A stretch of 64,000 bases of DNA. It comes from an uncultured Acidobacteriaceae bacterium (GTDB lineage Bacteria; Acidobacteriota; Terriglobia; Terriglobales; Acidobacteriaceae). The stretch's first letter is position 1. The number at the start of each line of letters is the position of its first letter. The position numbers and the translations under genes are program-made. Below are positions 27,076 to 36,766 of the stretch, piece by piece. The stretch is taken from positions 84,536-148,535 of the forward strand of contig CAWITH010000035.1 of assembly GCA_963838935.1 (NCBI GenBank). Direction: 5' to 3'. The notes under the pieces are model-generated. The model worked only from the letters and a program-made list of their open reading frames with translations, ran no database searches and was not told the origin of the DNA.

Positions 27076-29943
27076 GTGCCGACGGACCTGAAATCCACCA
27101 TCAATTTGCCCAAAACCGGCTTCCCCATGAAGGCAGGGCTGCCCCAGAATGAGCCCAAAATGCTCGAGCGCTGGGAGCAAATGGGACTCTACCAGCGCAT
27201 TCGCCAAGCCCGCCAGGGAAAGAAGAAGTACATCCTGCACGACGGCCCGCCCTACACCAGCGGACCTATCCATTTGGGCACGGCCATGAACAAGTGCCTC
27301 AAGGATTTCATCGTCAAGTCCAAAACCATGTCCGGCTTCGACGCCCCCTACGTCCCCGGATGGGACTGCCACGGCCTGCCCATCGAAATCAAGGTTGACA
27401 AGGAACTCGGCGGCAAGAAGCTCGAAATGCACCCCACCGACGTACGCGCCGAGTGCCGCAAATACGCACAGAAATTCCTCGACCTGCAGCGCCAGCAGTT
27501 CAAGCGCATCGGCGTTTTCGGCCGCTTCGAACGGCCGTACGCCACCATGACGCCGCTCTACGAGTCGGTGGTACTACAAGCTTTCTTCTCGTTCTACGAA
27601 AACGGATTCGTCTACAAAGGCCTGCGCGCCGTCTACTGGTGTATGCACGACGAGACTGCTCTCGCCGAAGCTGAAGTCGAATACGAAAACCATACCAGTT
27701 CGACCGTCTGGGTCAAGTACGCGCTGCTCGACGATCCGGCAAAACTCGACGCCGCGCTTGCCGGCAAGAAACTGTTCACCATCATCTGGACCACGACTCC
27801 CTGGACGCTGCCCGCTTCCATGGCCGTCGCCTTCCATCCCGACGAGGAATACGTAGCGCTGGAATCAGGCAACGAGGTGTACATCGTTGCCTCCAGGCTT
27901 GCGAAAGACGCCGCCGAGAAATGCGGCATCGCGAACCCGCGCGAACTCGCTCACTTCCCTGGCCGCAAGCTCGAGCGCCTCAACTTCCGGCATCCGTTCC
28001 TCGACCGCAAAGTTCTCGGCGTGCTCGCCGACTACGTCACTATGGACACGGGAACGGGAGTCGTCCACACGGCGCCCTCGCACGGTGCTGAAGACTTCGC
28101 CACCGGCGTCAAGTACGGCCTCGACGCCACCAGCAACGTCGACGAAAAAGGCATCCTGCGCAACGGCCTGCCCGAGTACGACGGCAAGCGCGTTTGGGAC
28201 GCCAATCAGCCCATCATCGACTTGGTCAAGAGCCGCGGTGCCCTGCTGCACACGGAAAAAACCGAGCACTCGTATCCGCACTGCTGGCGCTGCCACAATC
28301 CCGTGATCTTCCGTGCCACCGAACAATGGTTTATTTCCATGGAAACGCCCATGCCCGGCGGCAACTCCAATGCCAAAGACGACACCCTGCGCACGCGCAC
28401 GCTCGCCGAGATCAAGAACGTCAAATGGGATCCGGCCTGGGGAGAAGAGCGGTTATCGAACATGATTCAAACGCGGCCGGACTGGTGCATCTCACGCCAG
28501 CGCGTGTGGGGCGTTCCGATCGCCGTTTTTCTCTGCGAAAGCTGCGGCAAGCCGCTCAACGACCATGCCATTAATCGCAAGGTCGTGGAGGCGTTCGCCC
28601 GCTCGGGAGCCGATGTCTGGTTTACCAACGAACCCGACACCATTGTTCCCACCGGAACCAAGTGCCCGCAATGCGGCGGCACGAAGTTCGAAAAGGAAAC
28701 CGACATCTTCGATGTCTGGCTCGAATCCGGAGCCAGCTATCTCGCGCTGATTGCGGACGAACCCGAATACCCCTGGCCCTCCGATCTTTACCTCGAAGGC
28801 GGCGATCAGTACCGCGGGTGGTTCCAGTCTTCCCTGCTCTGCGCCATGGGCACGCACGCCACGCCTCCGTATCGCGGTGTGGTCACGCCCGGCTGGACGC
28901 TCGACGAAAAGGGCCAGGCCCTGTCAAAATCGCGCGGCAATGATGTCGACCCGGTGGACATCGCCAACCGCCTCGGCGGGGAGATCGTGCGTCTCTGGAC
29001 CGCTTCGGTTGACTTCCGTGAAGACGTCGTCGGATCGGAAACACTGATGCTGCGCGTCGCGGAAAACTACCGCGAGATTCGCAATAAACTGTTCAAGAAC
29101 GCGCTCGGCAATCTCTACGATTTCGATCCGCAGACCGACTCCGTTCCGTTTGAAAAGCTCGAGCCGCTTGACCAATACATGCTGCGCCAGACCTGGGCCC
29201 TCGCCTGCGATGTTCGCAGCGGCTACGACGAGTTTGCTTTTCACCGGATTTATCACCGCGTGAATCACTTCTGCGTGGTCGATCTCAGCGCCTTCTACTT
29301 CGACGTCATCAAAGACCGCCTCTACACCTACGCCCCCAACTCGCGCGGCCGCCGTTCGGCCCAGACTGCGGTTTGGCGCATCTGCGAGGCCATGGTCCGT
29401 TTGCTGGCGCCCATTCTGAGTTTTACCTGTGAAGAAGTCTGGCAGCATTTGCCCGCGGTGCCAGACCGTCTCGCCAGTGTTCATCTGGCGGAATTTCCTA
29501 CCGCCGCCGAAGTGCTCGGGAGCGCTTCCGTGCCGCAGGAGGATCCGCAACAGCAGCAGGATTGGACTACGCTCCTCGGGGTGCGCGAGCAGGTGATGAA
29601 AGCGCTCGAAGAAGAACGCAACAGCGAGCGGATCGGCAAGGGTCTGGAGGCGCAATTGACCATCACCGCAACCGACCCGACCTATTCGGTTCTAGCGCGC
29701 TATCAAGACCAACTGCGCTACCTCTTCATCGTCTCCTCTGTGAAACTGGCAAGAGACTCTGGTAATGGAACGGGCACCGTGCATATCGAGGTCAAGAAAG
29801 CCGATGGCGCCAAATGCGAGCGCTGCTGGAATTTTTCCACTCGGTGGGTGAAGACAAGAACTATCCGACGGTGTGCGAGCGTTGCAGCGCCGTGCTCAAA
29901 GAAATTGACGGGGCGTGACCGCAAGGGTCCGCAAACGCGATAA
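27076..29943 (+). CDS. ileS: isoleucine--tRNA ligase (3' end frame-disrupted as assembled)
   Basis: HIGH-type motif PPYTSGPIHLGTA and KMSKS-type KALSKSRGN. GTG 27076, with GGGAGA 9 nt upstream, is preferred to the TTG at 26866. After WNFS the -1 frame encodes HSVGEDKNYPTVCERCSAVLKEIDGA with a stop at 29916-29918. Confidence 0.9.
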   Translation: MPTDLKSTINLPKTGFPMKAGLPQNEPKMLERWEQMGLYQRIRQARQGKKKYILHDGPPYTSGPIHLGTAMNKCLKDFIVKSKTMSGFDAPYVPGWDCHGLPIEIKVDKELGGKKLEMHPTDVRAECRKYAQKFLDLQRQQFKRIGVFGRFERPYATMTPLYESVVLQAFFSFYENGFVYKGLRAVYWCMHDETALAEAEVEYENHTSSTVWVKYALLDDPAKLDAALAGKKLFTIIWTTTPWTLPASMAVAFHPDEEYVALESGNEVYIVASRLAKDAAEKCGIANPRELAHFPGRKLERLNFRHPFLDRKVLGVLADYVTMDTGTGVVHTAPSHGAEDFATGVKYGLDATSNVDEKGILRNGLPEYDGKRVWDANQPIIDLVKSRGALLHTEKTEHSYPHCWRCHNPVIFRATEQWFISMETPMPGGNSNAKDDTLRTRTLAEIKNVKWDPAWGEERLSNMIQTRPDWCISRQRVWGVPIAVFLCESCGKPLNDHAINRKVVEAFARSGADVWFTNEPDTIVPTGTKCPQCGGTKFEKETDIFDVWLESGASYLALIADEPEYPWPSDLYLEGGDQYRGWFQSSLLCAMGTHATPPYRGVVTPGWTLDEKGQALSKSRGNDVDPVDIANRLGGEIVRLWTASVDFREDVVGSETLMLRVAENYREIRNKLFKNALGNLYDFDPQTDSVPFEKLEPLDQYMLRQTWALACDVRSGYDEFAFHRIYHRVNHFCVVDLSAFYFDVIKDRLYTYAPNSRGRRSAQTAVWRICEAMVRLLAPILSFTCEEVWQHLPAVPDRLASVHLAEFPTAAEVLGSASVPQEDPQQQQDWTTLLGVREQVMKALEEERNSERIGKGLEAQLTITATDPTYSVLARYQDQLRYLFIVSSVKLARDSGNGTGTVHIEVKKADGAKCERCWNFSTRWVKTRTIRRCASVAAPCSKKLTGRDRKGPQTR

Positions 29944-29982
29944 AGTATAGAGAAGAAGTTTTTGGGTCACTTTTTTCTACCC

Positions 29983-30468
29983 ATGCGCAAATATCATTTC
30001 CTGATCGCGTTGCTCGTCATCGCTCTCGATCGCGTCACCAAGTGGACGATCGCACACCGGCTCTCCCTGCACGACAGCATTCCCGTCATTCCCGGATTCT
30101 TTCGCATCATCCATGCTGAAAACCCGGGCGCCGCGTTCGGTATTTTTGCGGATTCTCCCTCGCAATGGAAGGTCGCTCTGCTGATTGCGTTCTCCATAAT
30201 TGCGTTGCTGATCGTCTCTTTGCTCCTGTGGAAAAACAGCCACCGCCTGACCACGACGGGAATCGGGCTCGCATTGATTCTGGGCGGCGCGGTCGGCAAC
30301 CTGTGGGACCGCCTAGTCAGCCGGCACGTGGTGGATTTTCTTCTCTTCTACATAGGTCCGCACCAGTGGCCGGCCTTCAACGTGGCTGACAGCGCCATCG
30401 TGGTGGGAGCGGGTCTGCTGGTGTTTGAGATCGTGTTTACGAAGCCACACCAGCAACAGGCGGCCTAG
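29983..30468 (+). CDS. lspA: lipoprotein signal peptidase II
   Basis: Motifs NPGAAFG, GGAVGNLWDR, VVDF and FNVADS. Conserved ileS-lspA gene order. Confidence 0.9.
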   Translation: MRKYHFLIALLVIALDRVTKWTIAHRLSLHDSIPVIPGFFRIIHAENPGAAFGIFADSPSQWKVALLIAFSIIALLIVSLLLWKNSHRLTTTGIGLALILGGAVGNLWDRLVSRHVVDFLLFYIGPHQWPAFNVADSAIVVGAGLLVFEIVFTKPHQQQAA

Positions 30469-30499
30469 ACAGGATGCTCTCGGCTTCGATGAGCGGGAA

Positions 30500-31660
30500 T
30501 CATTCGAGTGTCTTGGTGAGGTCGAACAAGCTCAAGTAGAAGGACGAAAAGATGATTTGGAGGCCGAGCAGGAATAGGAAGATGCAGAAGGCGGCAAGTT
30601 TGGTGACCGGAATACTTACCTGAGCCAGCGGTTTTGAAATTTCCATCAACCGATGAATCGTAAACGTGCCTAAAATCACGCTGAACAGCAAAATCGAAGC
30701 ACCGCTCACCAAACCCCACTCCAGACGGAAGTACTTCTTGATCGATCGGCTGATCCAGTCCTCCTCCGCAAAGCCTTGGGAGGTACTGAAGGCGATAGCA
30801 TAGACGCCGAAAAGAGCAATCTGAATCCCCATGAAGGACAGAGCATTCACAAACATGGTGGCCGATAAGCCCAGCGGAATATGGGAGACGCTGACGTCTT
30901 CCAGCAGGAACAGCAGAGAAAAGCCGAAGCCGAGGCCGGACATGATCAGTCCCGGGAATAGAAACACATATTTGGGCGCCAGCATGAGCATGAAACGCAA
31001 GTGACGCCAGCCATCGCGAAAAGTGTGCAGATTGGGCACCCGGCCGGGCAAGGCAACGTAGTAGTCGATGGGCGTCTCCCGGATGACCAAGCGCTTCTGG
31101 GCCGCCTTGACGACCATCTCCGAAGCGAACTCCATGCCGTTGCACCGCAGGTTCAAAGTGCGGATCGCGGCGGCGCTGAAGCCACGCAAGCCGCAATTCG
31201 CGTCGGAGATACGGGTCTTGAATAAGAGGTTCAGCACCGCGGTCAGGAAAGGCGTGCCGACCCAGCGGTGAAGCCAGGGCATTGCGCCGCGCTGGACCGT
31301 CCCCCGAAGACGGCTGCCCATCACCAGATCTGCGCCTTGTTGAAGGAGTTGAACGAAATCTGGCAGAGCGCCGAAATCATAGGTCTGGTCGCCGTCGCCC
31401 ATGATGATGTAACGCCCACGGGCCTCGGCAATGCCGCGCTTGAGTGCACTGCCGTAACCCTTCACCTCGTGCCGGACAACCCGAGCGCCAGCTGCCGCGG
31501 CCAACTCCGCGGAACGATCCGTGGAACCGTTGTCCACCACAATCACTTCTCCAGTCGCGTGGAGGCGAGCGATAGCCGCGGTTGCGCTGGCAACGCAGGC
31601 CGCGATGGTGCGCTCTTCATCGAGACAGGGGATTACAACGCTGACCAGCGGCTCAGTCAT
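30500..31660 (-). CDS. family 2 glycosyltransferase with C-terminal membrane domain (polyprenyl-phosphate sugar synthase-like)
   Basis: N-terminal VSVVIPCLDEE, VVDNGSTD and GDGDQTYD motifs. About 4 C-terminal TM helices. The start overlaps the upstream radical SAM stop by 8 nt. Confidence 0.8.
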   Translation of the reverse strand: MTEPLVSVVIPCLDEERTIAACVASATAAIARLHATGEVIVVDNGSTDRSAELAAAAGARVVRHEVKGYGSALKRGIAEARGRYIIMGDGDQTYDFGALPDFVQLLQQGADLVMGSRLRGTVQRGAMPWLHRWVGTPFLTAVLNLLFKTRISDANCGLRGFSAAAIRTLNLRCNGMEFASEMVVKAAQKRLVIRETPIDYYVALPGRVPNLHTFRDGWRHLRFMLMLAPKYVFLFPGLIMSGLGFGFSLLFLLEDVSVSHIPLGLSATMFVNALSFMGIQIALFGVYAIAFSTSQGFAEEDWISRSIKKYFRLEWGLVSGASILLFSVILGTFTIHRLMEISKPLAQVSIPVTKLAAFCIFLFLLGLQIIFSSFYLSLFDLTKTLE

Positions 31661-33095
31661 GATTTGTAGTTGCCCGGAATCCGACCAGATTCATCCAATC
31701 GCCGAAGTTGGCCAGACGCAGTGTTTGGCGGAGAGAGATGTCGTGGAAGATTTTCGTGAAGATGTAGCCTGGCCGAAAGTAGAAACGCCTAAACGCCTTG
31801 CGGCGGAAATAGTCGACGTCCTCGCGGGTCATGGTATCGGTTTGGAGAATGGAATTGCCGCCGAAGTCGTACTCCGACCATTTTTCCGCGCGGATCCAGC
31901 CGCGGGCTTTGGCCATCTCACCAAGTTCAGTCTTGGGATAAGGAACGGCGCAATAACTCTGCATGTAATCCAAATCCAGGTCGAGCATGAAACGGATCGT
32001 TTCTTCAGCGGTTTCCCTGGTCTCACCGGGCAAGCCGAAGATGAAATGGCCCATGGTCTGGATCTTGGCCTGCTTGGCGAGCCTCACGGCGCGCCGGGTT
32101 TCCTCCAAGGTCTGCTTCTTTTTGGCCGCGTCGAGGATGGATTGACAGCCGCTTTCGATTCCCAAGCCGACCAGGTAACAGCCCGCGCGCCGCATGAGCG
32201 CCAACGTCTCTTCATCGAGGGCGCCAACCCGGGTGGTGGCAGCCCAGTGAATATCCCAGCGATTGTCGATGAGAGCCTGGCAGAATTCATGCACGAAGTC
32301 TTTGTCGAGCGAGAAGACCTCTTCCCAAAGCAGAAACTCCTGGATGCCAAACCTTTCCCGGCAGATCTGAATCTCTTCGAGGATATGGGGCAGCGAGCGA
32401 CGCCGCCCTTTCCTGCCGTAATAGGTGTTGACGATGCAATAAATGCAGGGGTAGGGACATCCTCGCGCGGTATTGATCAACGTGAAAGCCTGGTTGTTAT
32501 GGGGCAGCCGGTAACGCTCATTCTTAAGCAGCGCCCGATCCGGCAAGGGCAGCGCATCCAGATCCGCCAGCAAGGGGCGCGGCGGATTGACCCGGAGATC
32601 GCTTCCCTCCCGGTACATCAGGCCTTGTATCCGATTCAGGTTAGGCTGCTTTTCATTCAAGCTTCGCAGCAATTCTTCGAACGTTGTCTCCGGCTCACCC
32701 ACAATGCAGAGATCAAGGAAGGGGTAGTTTTGGAATGCTTCCCTTTCAAGCATGGTGAAGTACACACCAAAGCCCAATATCAAAGTTTGGGGGAAGGCGT
32801 CCTTGATGTGCTTGGCAATCTCCATGTCACTGTCGATGCTGGGGAAGCCGGTGTTGACGACCACCAGGTCGGGAGCGAAAGCCCGCATGTCCGCAAGCAG
32901 TTCATCCATGGTCAGGCTTTCCACGTCGCCATCCACCAAGCGCACCGGGCCCCACTTTTCGGCCAGGGTTCCTAGCAATGCCAGAGTGATGGGCGGCCAT
33001 ACCGTAGCCCACGAGGACGCCTTTTGCATGCAACGTCCTTCACGGATGAACTTGGTGTGGTCCTTGAGCGTGGGATTTAGTAAGTAGGTTTTCAT
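31653..33095 (-). CDS. B12-binding-domain radical SAM protein
   Basis: N-terminal MKTYLLNP...IREGRCMQ...VWPPITLA (B12-binding-like region) and a radical SAM cluster motif RGCPYPCIYC. ATG 33095 is preferred to TTG 33125. Confidence 0.8.
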   Translation of the reverse strand: MKTYLLNPTLKDHTKFIREGRCMQKASSWATVWPPITLALLGTLAEKWGPVRLVDGDVESLTMDELLADMRAFAPDLVVVNTGFPSIDSDMEIAKHIKDAFPQTLILGFGVYFTMLEREAFQNYPFLDLCIVGEPETTFEELLRSLNEKQPNLNRIQGLMYREGSDLRVNPPRPLLADLDALPLPDRALLKNERYRLPHNNQAFTLINTARGCPYPCIYCIVNTYYGRKGRRRSLPHILEEIQICRERFGIQEFLLWEEVFSLDKDFVHEFCQALIDNRWDIHWAATTRVGALDEETLALMRRAGCYLVGLGIESGCQSILDAAKKKQTLEETRRAVRLAKQAKIQTMGHFIFGLPGETRETAEETIRFMLDLDLDYMQSYCAVPYPKTELGEMAKARGWIRAEKWSEYDFGGNSILQTDTMTREDVDYFRRKAFRRFYFRPGYIFTKIFHDISLRQTLRLANFGDWMNLVGFRATTNHD

Positions 33096-33375
33096 GTCGG
33101 CCTGCGTTCTCCTAAGTGATGGCAACTACGCAGGGCTGGGACGAAGATTCCCAAAGAACCAGCGGAATACGGCCAGTGCCCCGCCTCTGGTACGGGGATC
33201 GTCAAGACTTTAGGCGAAAGCAACACGTATGTCTGTGAGACAGATCACACCGGCACCCACGGACGGATTCGGACGGCATGGCGTAGAGCCATCCATCTGC
33301 CCTGCCTTACGTCGGTAACTGGAGTCTCCTCCGTGCTAATGCCAAGATCAGGCGATACCTGACAAGAGACTCTTC

Positions 33376-34371
33376 ATGCGAAAATCTGCGGCCGTCATTC
33401 TTTCTCTGATCTTGTCGAGCGGCACCAGCCTGTGGGCCAAGAGCACCACTCAGGAAGCTCCACAAACTGCGCGGCAGGCTTTGATGGAGATGTTTTTCAG
33501 CAAAGAGCCCGGGACCTTCCTCAAGCACCTGCCTGCGGTCACGCGTGCCACGCTCGAAAAATCCGGGGCGCTCGCCACCGTGCAGCAGTATTCCGTGCTC
33601 GCCGGGCAGTTTCAAACCCAGGGAAAGAGCTTTCAGACATTTGAGACGGGACCGGTGATGTTAGCCACGGAAGATCTCAAGACCGGACAAAAAACTGAGA
33701 TCGTCGTCGACAACGACTCGCTGCAAGGGGATCAGGACGACATCGAGCTGTCCTTCCGCACTTACAAAGACAACCAGGCACAAAAGACCCCGTTCATGCC
33801 TCGCCTCGTCTTCTCCATGAAAATGGAATCGGGGCTCTGGACGTTGAACAACATCGCCATCACCATCAACCTGCCGCTGGCCGACCCCGATTTGTTGCAA
33901 CGCATCACCGACGGAATGAAGGCGCGCGCGGCCGCTGGCGGTCCTCAGATTCACATGCTGGGCATGGGGCAGGTTCCGGGGCAGATTCCCTCCAGCAACT
34001 TCGGGAGTGATGCGAGCACTCTCGCCGCGGTGCGTAAGATTCTCGCTGCGGAGACTACCTACGCGGCGAGCTATCCGGCCGTGGGATACACCTGCACCCT
34101 TTCCGATCTCGACGGCTTCGGAGCTGCAGAGGCGAATGAACATCAGGCCATGCTCATCAGCAGCAGTCTGGCCAGCGGTAAACATCTGGGGTACATCTTT
34201 TCGCTTTCGGGATGCGCCGGCACACCCGCAGCAAGCTTCCGTCTCACAACCGCACCCATGGGGAACAGTTACGGTCGTCGAGCATTTTGCAGCGATCAAT
34301 CCGGAGCAATCCGTTCTTCGGCCGATGGCAGCGCCGCTACGTGCCTGAGTAGCGGCACGCCTGTCCCATAG
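33376..34371 (+). CDS. secreted hypothetical protein
   Basis: Signal peptide MRKSAAVILSLILSSGTSLWA. The C-terminal AAVRKILAAETTYAASYPAVGYTCTLSDLDG resembles the globular part of acidobacterial pilin-like proteins, but there is no prepilin N-terminus. Confidence 0.6.
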   Translation: MRKSAAVILSLILSSGTSLWAKSTTQEAPQTARQALMEMFFSKEPGTFLKHLPAVTRATLEKSGALATVQQYSVLAGQFQTQGKSFQTFETGPVMLATEDLKTGQKTEIVVDNDSLQGDQDDIELSFRTYKDNQAQKTPFMPRLVFSMKMESGLWTLNNIAITINLPLADPDLLQRITDGMKARAAAGGPQIHMLGMGQVPGQIPSSNFGSDASTLAAVRKILAAETTYAASYPAVGYTCTLSDLDGFGAAEANEHQAMLISSSLASGKHLGYIFSLSGCAGTPAASFRLTTAPMGNSYGRRAFCSDQSGAIRSSADGSAATCLSSGTPVP

Positions 34372-34421
34372 GCCGCGATCCCGTGGGAAACAGGAGGTCG
34401 TTCCCCTTCGACTAGGAGGAG

Positions 34422-36755
34422 CTACGGCGTCCCGTAGAGCTGCCGGTAGACATTCGCATTCCGCAAAATAGCCTGCACGTACTCGCGCGTTTCGGTGAAA
34501 GGAATGGACTCGACGAATTCCTGCGGATCGCGGTAGTGACCCTGTCCCAGCCACTCTCCCACCCGGTCGGTACCGGCATTGTAGGCGGCGAGAGCGTATT
34601 CGAATTGTCCGCCGTACTTGTCCACCATATCTTTGAAGTAGCGCGTGCCGAGTTGCAGGTTTACGGCCGGAGTGAACAGTTGCGGCGCGCTGTATCCCTT
34701 GAGCTTGACCTGCTTCGCCACGGTTTTGCCCGTCTTCGGCAGAAGCTGCATCAGGCCAACGGCGTTAGCGCGCGACATCGCCAGCGTGTTGAACTCGGAC
34801 TCCTGCCTGATCAGCGATGCCACCAGATAAGGATCAAGACCGTTGAGCACTGAGTATTTCCGCAGATCGGTCCAATAGGCTTTGGGAAAAAGCGCCTCCC
34901 AGTAGGGTCGCGGCAGGTCGGGAATGTCGACCGCAAAATAGCTGGGCGTGATGTGCTTCATGATCTCGATGCCGCGATCGTAGCGGCCGATGTCCTGATA
35001 CACACGCGCCATTTCCGGAGGCGCCCAGGTTCCACCCTCCTGGCTGGCGGCAGCTTGCAACTCGCGCACCGCCAGATCCGCCAGTCCACCGTTGGAGAGC
35101 AGGCGCGCCCGTTCCACGCGCAGGTTGTCGTCGGGAGGGTCAGTCACAGTAATTTTTTCCGCGGGTGGAAGCGCGGGAATGTGGTCGAGCAGCGCGTAGT
35201 GCGTCAGGTCTTCCTTCAGCGACGCTTCTTTGGCCGGGCCTTGGTTTGGCGATGCCTCGCCCGGCAAGCCTGGCAAGCGCTGCCGTCCGAACTCCGCGTA
35301 ATAGTAGTTGCGAAAACGGTCGCTGAGTTTCTGGTAAAACGCCCGTGCCATGGCCGGCTTTCCTTCTTCTTCGGCGAGACGCGCCCGCCAGTACAGCGCA
35401 GCGGGAATCTCCGCGGAATCGGGATAGAGCGCGATTTGCTGTTCGAATTCTTGCCGCGCCTCATCCGTTTTTCCTTGCCGGAAGGTCAGCCACGCCGCCT
35501 TCCAGTGCGCCGAGGATGCGTGCCCGCCGTTCGGGAAGCGTTGCTGCAATTCCCGGAAGTAGTCGATGGCGCGATCGTAGTCGCGCTTCAGCAGGTACAT
35601 GTTCCCGGCCGAAAGCAGCGCTTGTTCGAGCCACGGGCTAGCGGGACCAAATTGCCGCAATTCGTTCAGCGTCCGTTGCACGGCGTCTTCATCGCTGGTG
35701 GAACGCGCGGTCTCACTCTGCAGATAGAGGCGCTCAGCTTCGGCGTCACCGGTCTGCACGCCCATGGCGGTCAGAACCTGGCGCGCTTCATGGCTGCTGC
35801 CGCTTTTTTCCAACGCTTCCGCCAGCGCCAACTGCACCTGCGGACGGTCCTCTGCACTGACTTCTCCAACAAGATCGTGATAATCGTGGGCTGCATCGCT
35901 GTAACGCTTACCTTTGAACAATAGATCGGCGCGCGTGCGGCGCTCGGCAACCGAGCCGGAGATTCCCAGCTTGCGTAATTCCACCAAGGCCGCATCCGCC
36001 TCGGGACTGTTGGGAAGATTGAAGTAAACATTGCGCAGCGCGCTCGAGGCTTTATCTTTCTCGCCCGCCTCTTCGTAGGCGCGCCCTATGGCAAGCTCTA
36101 CATCGCTGCGCACCGGTGCCCGCTCTTTTTCCAGCAGAGCCGCCGATTCCATCGCCCGGCCTTCCTCAAGCAGCGCGCTGGCATAGACGAGGTGCGCATC
36201 GCGGATCAGAAGCGAATCGGGAAAATTCTTGCTGAAATCCGCCAGCGTGGCCAATGCCTCGGCATTGTGCCCGGTCTTTAGATAAGCATCCCCCAGATAG
36301 TAGGCAACGTAGTCTCCTAGTTCGCTGGCGCCGGCTTTGGCCCGGTTGAACGGATCGATAGCTTTGCCATAGTCGTGATCGACGGTGCGGGCATAGCCAA
36401 TGACGAGCCAGGCCAGTGCTCCGGCATCTTCTTTAGCGTGGCGGCGGGCGTAAGCTTCGACTCCGGCATAGGCGGTGGGAGTGCGGTCCTGCAACAACTG
36501 CTGCGCCATGGGACGAAGACTGGCGGAAGCGACAAACGCCCGTCGCACCCGGCGCATGCGCGGAGAAACGGCCTTGCGCTTCTTCTTAGTAGTCTTAGTG
36601 TGGGCGCTGGTGGAAGACGCAGTCTTTGTCTTTGGCTTCGCCGGCGTGCTCTGAACCGGCGTGGATGACTGGGACTGGGCGGCTGCAGGCTGCAAAAACC
36701 CGAGCCCGAGCAGGGAGAAAGTTCCAGCGAAAACTACAACAGCAAAACGGCGCAC
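34422..36755 (-). CDS. soluble lytic murein transglycosylase (Slt70-like)
   Basis: 777 aa with a signal peptide and a long superhelical/TPR-like region. The C-terminal SLT catalytic domain carries LIRQESEFN and AVGLMQL. Confidence 0.85.
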   Translation of the reverse strand: MRRFAVVVFAGTFSLLGLGFLQPAAAQSQSSTPVQSTPAKPKTKTASSTSAHTKTTKKKRKAVSPRMRRVRRAFVASASLRPMAQQLLQDRTPTAYAGVEAYARRHAKEDAGALAWLVIGYARTVDHDYGKAIDPFNRAKAGASELGDYVAYYLGDAYLKTGHNAEALATLADFSKNFPDSLLIRDAHLVYASALLEEGRAMESAALLEKERAPVRSDVELAIGRAYEEAGEKDKASSALRNVYFNLPNSPEADAALVELRKLGISGSVAERRTRADLLFKGKRYSDAAHDYHDLVGEVSAEDRPQVQLALAEALEKSGSSHEARQVLTAMGVQTGDAEAERLYLQSETARSTSDEDAVQRTLNELRQFGPASPWLEQALLSAGNMYLLKRDYDRAIDYFRELQQRFPNGGHASSAHWKAAWLTFRQGKTDEARQEFEQQIALYPDSAEIPAALYWRARLAEEEGKPAMARAFYQKLSDRFRNYYYAEFGRQRLPGLPGEASPNQGPAKEASLKEDLTHYALLDHIPALPPAEKITVTDPPDDNLRVERARLLSNGGLADLAVRELQAAASQEGGTWAPPEMARVYQDIGRYDRGIEIMKHITPSYFAVDIPDLPRPYWEALFPKAYWTDLRKYSVLNGLDPYLVASLIRQESEFNTLAMSRANAVGLMQLLPKTGKTVAKQVKLKGYSAPQLFTPAVNLQLGTRYFKDMVDKYGGQFEYALAAYNAGTDRVGEWLGQGHYRDPQEFVESIPFTETREYVQAILRNANVYRQLYGTP

Positions 36756-36766
36756 TCAAACCCTAC

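Noticed and set aside
33096-33375. Cobalamin riboswitch upstream of the B12-binding radical SAM gene.
   Set aside because: GGGGCACTGG and GGGAATC-like fragments exist, but in the wrong order and without the conserved B12-box context or a closing helix or terminator.
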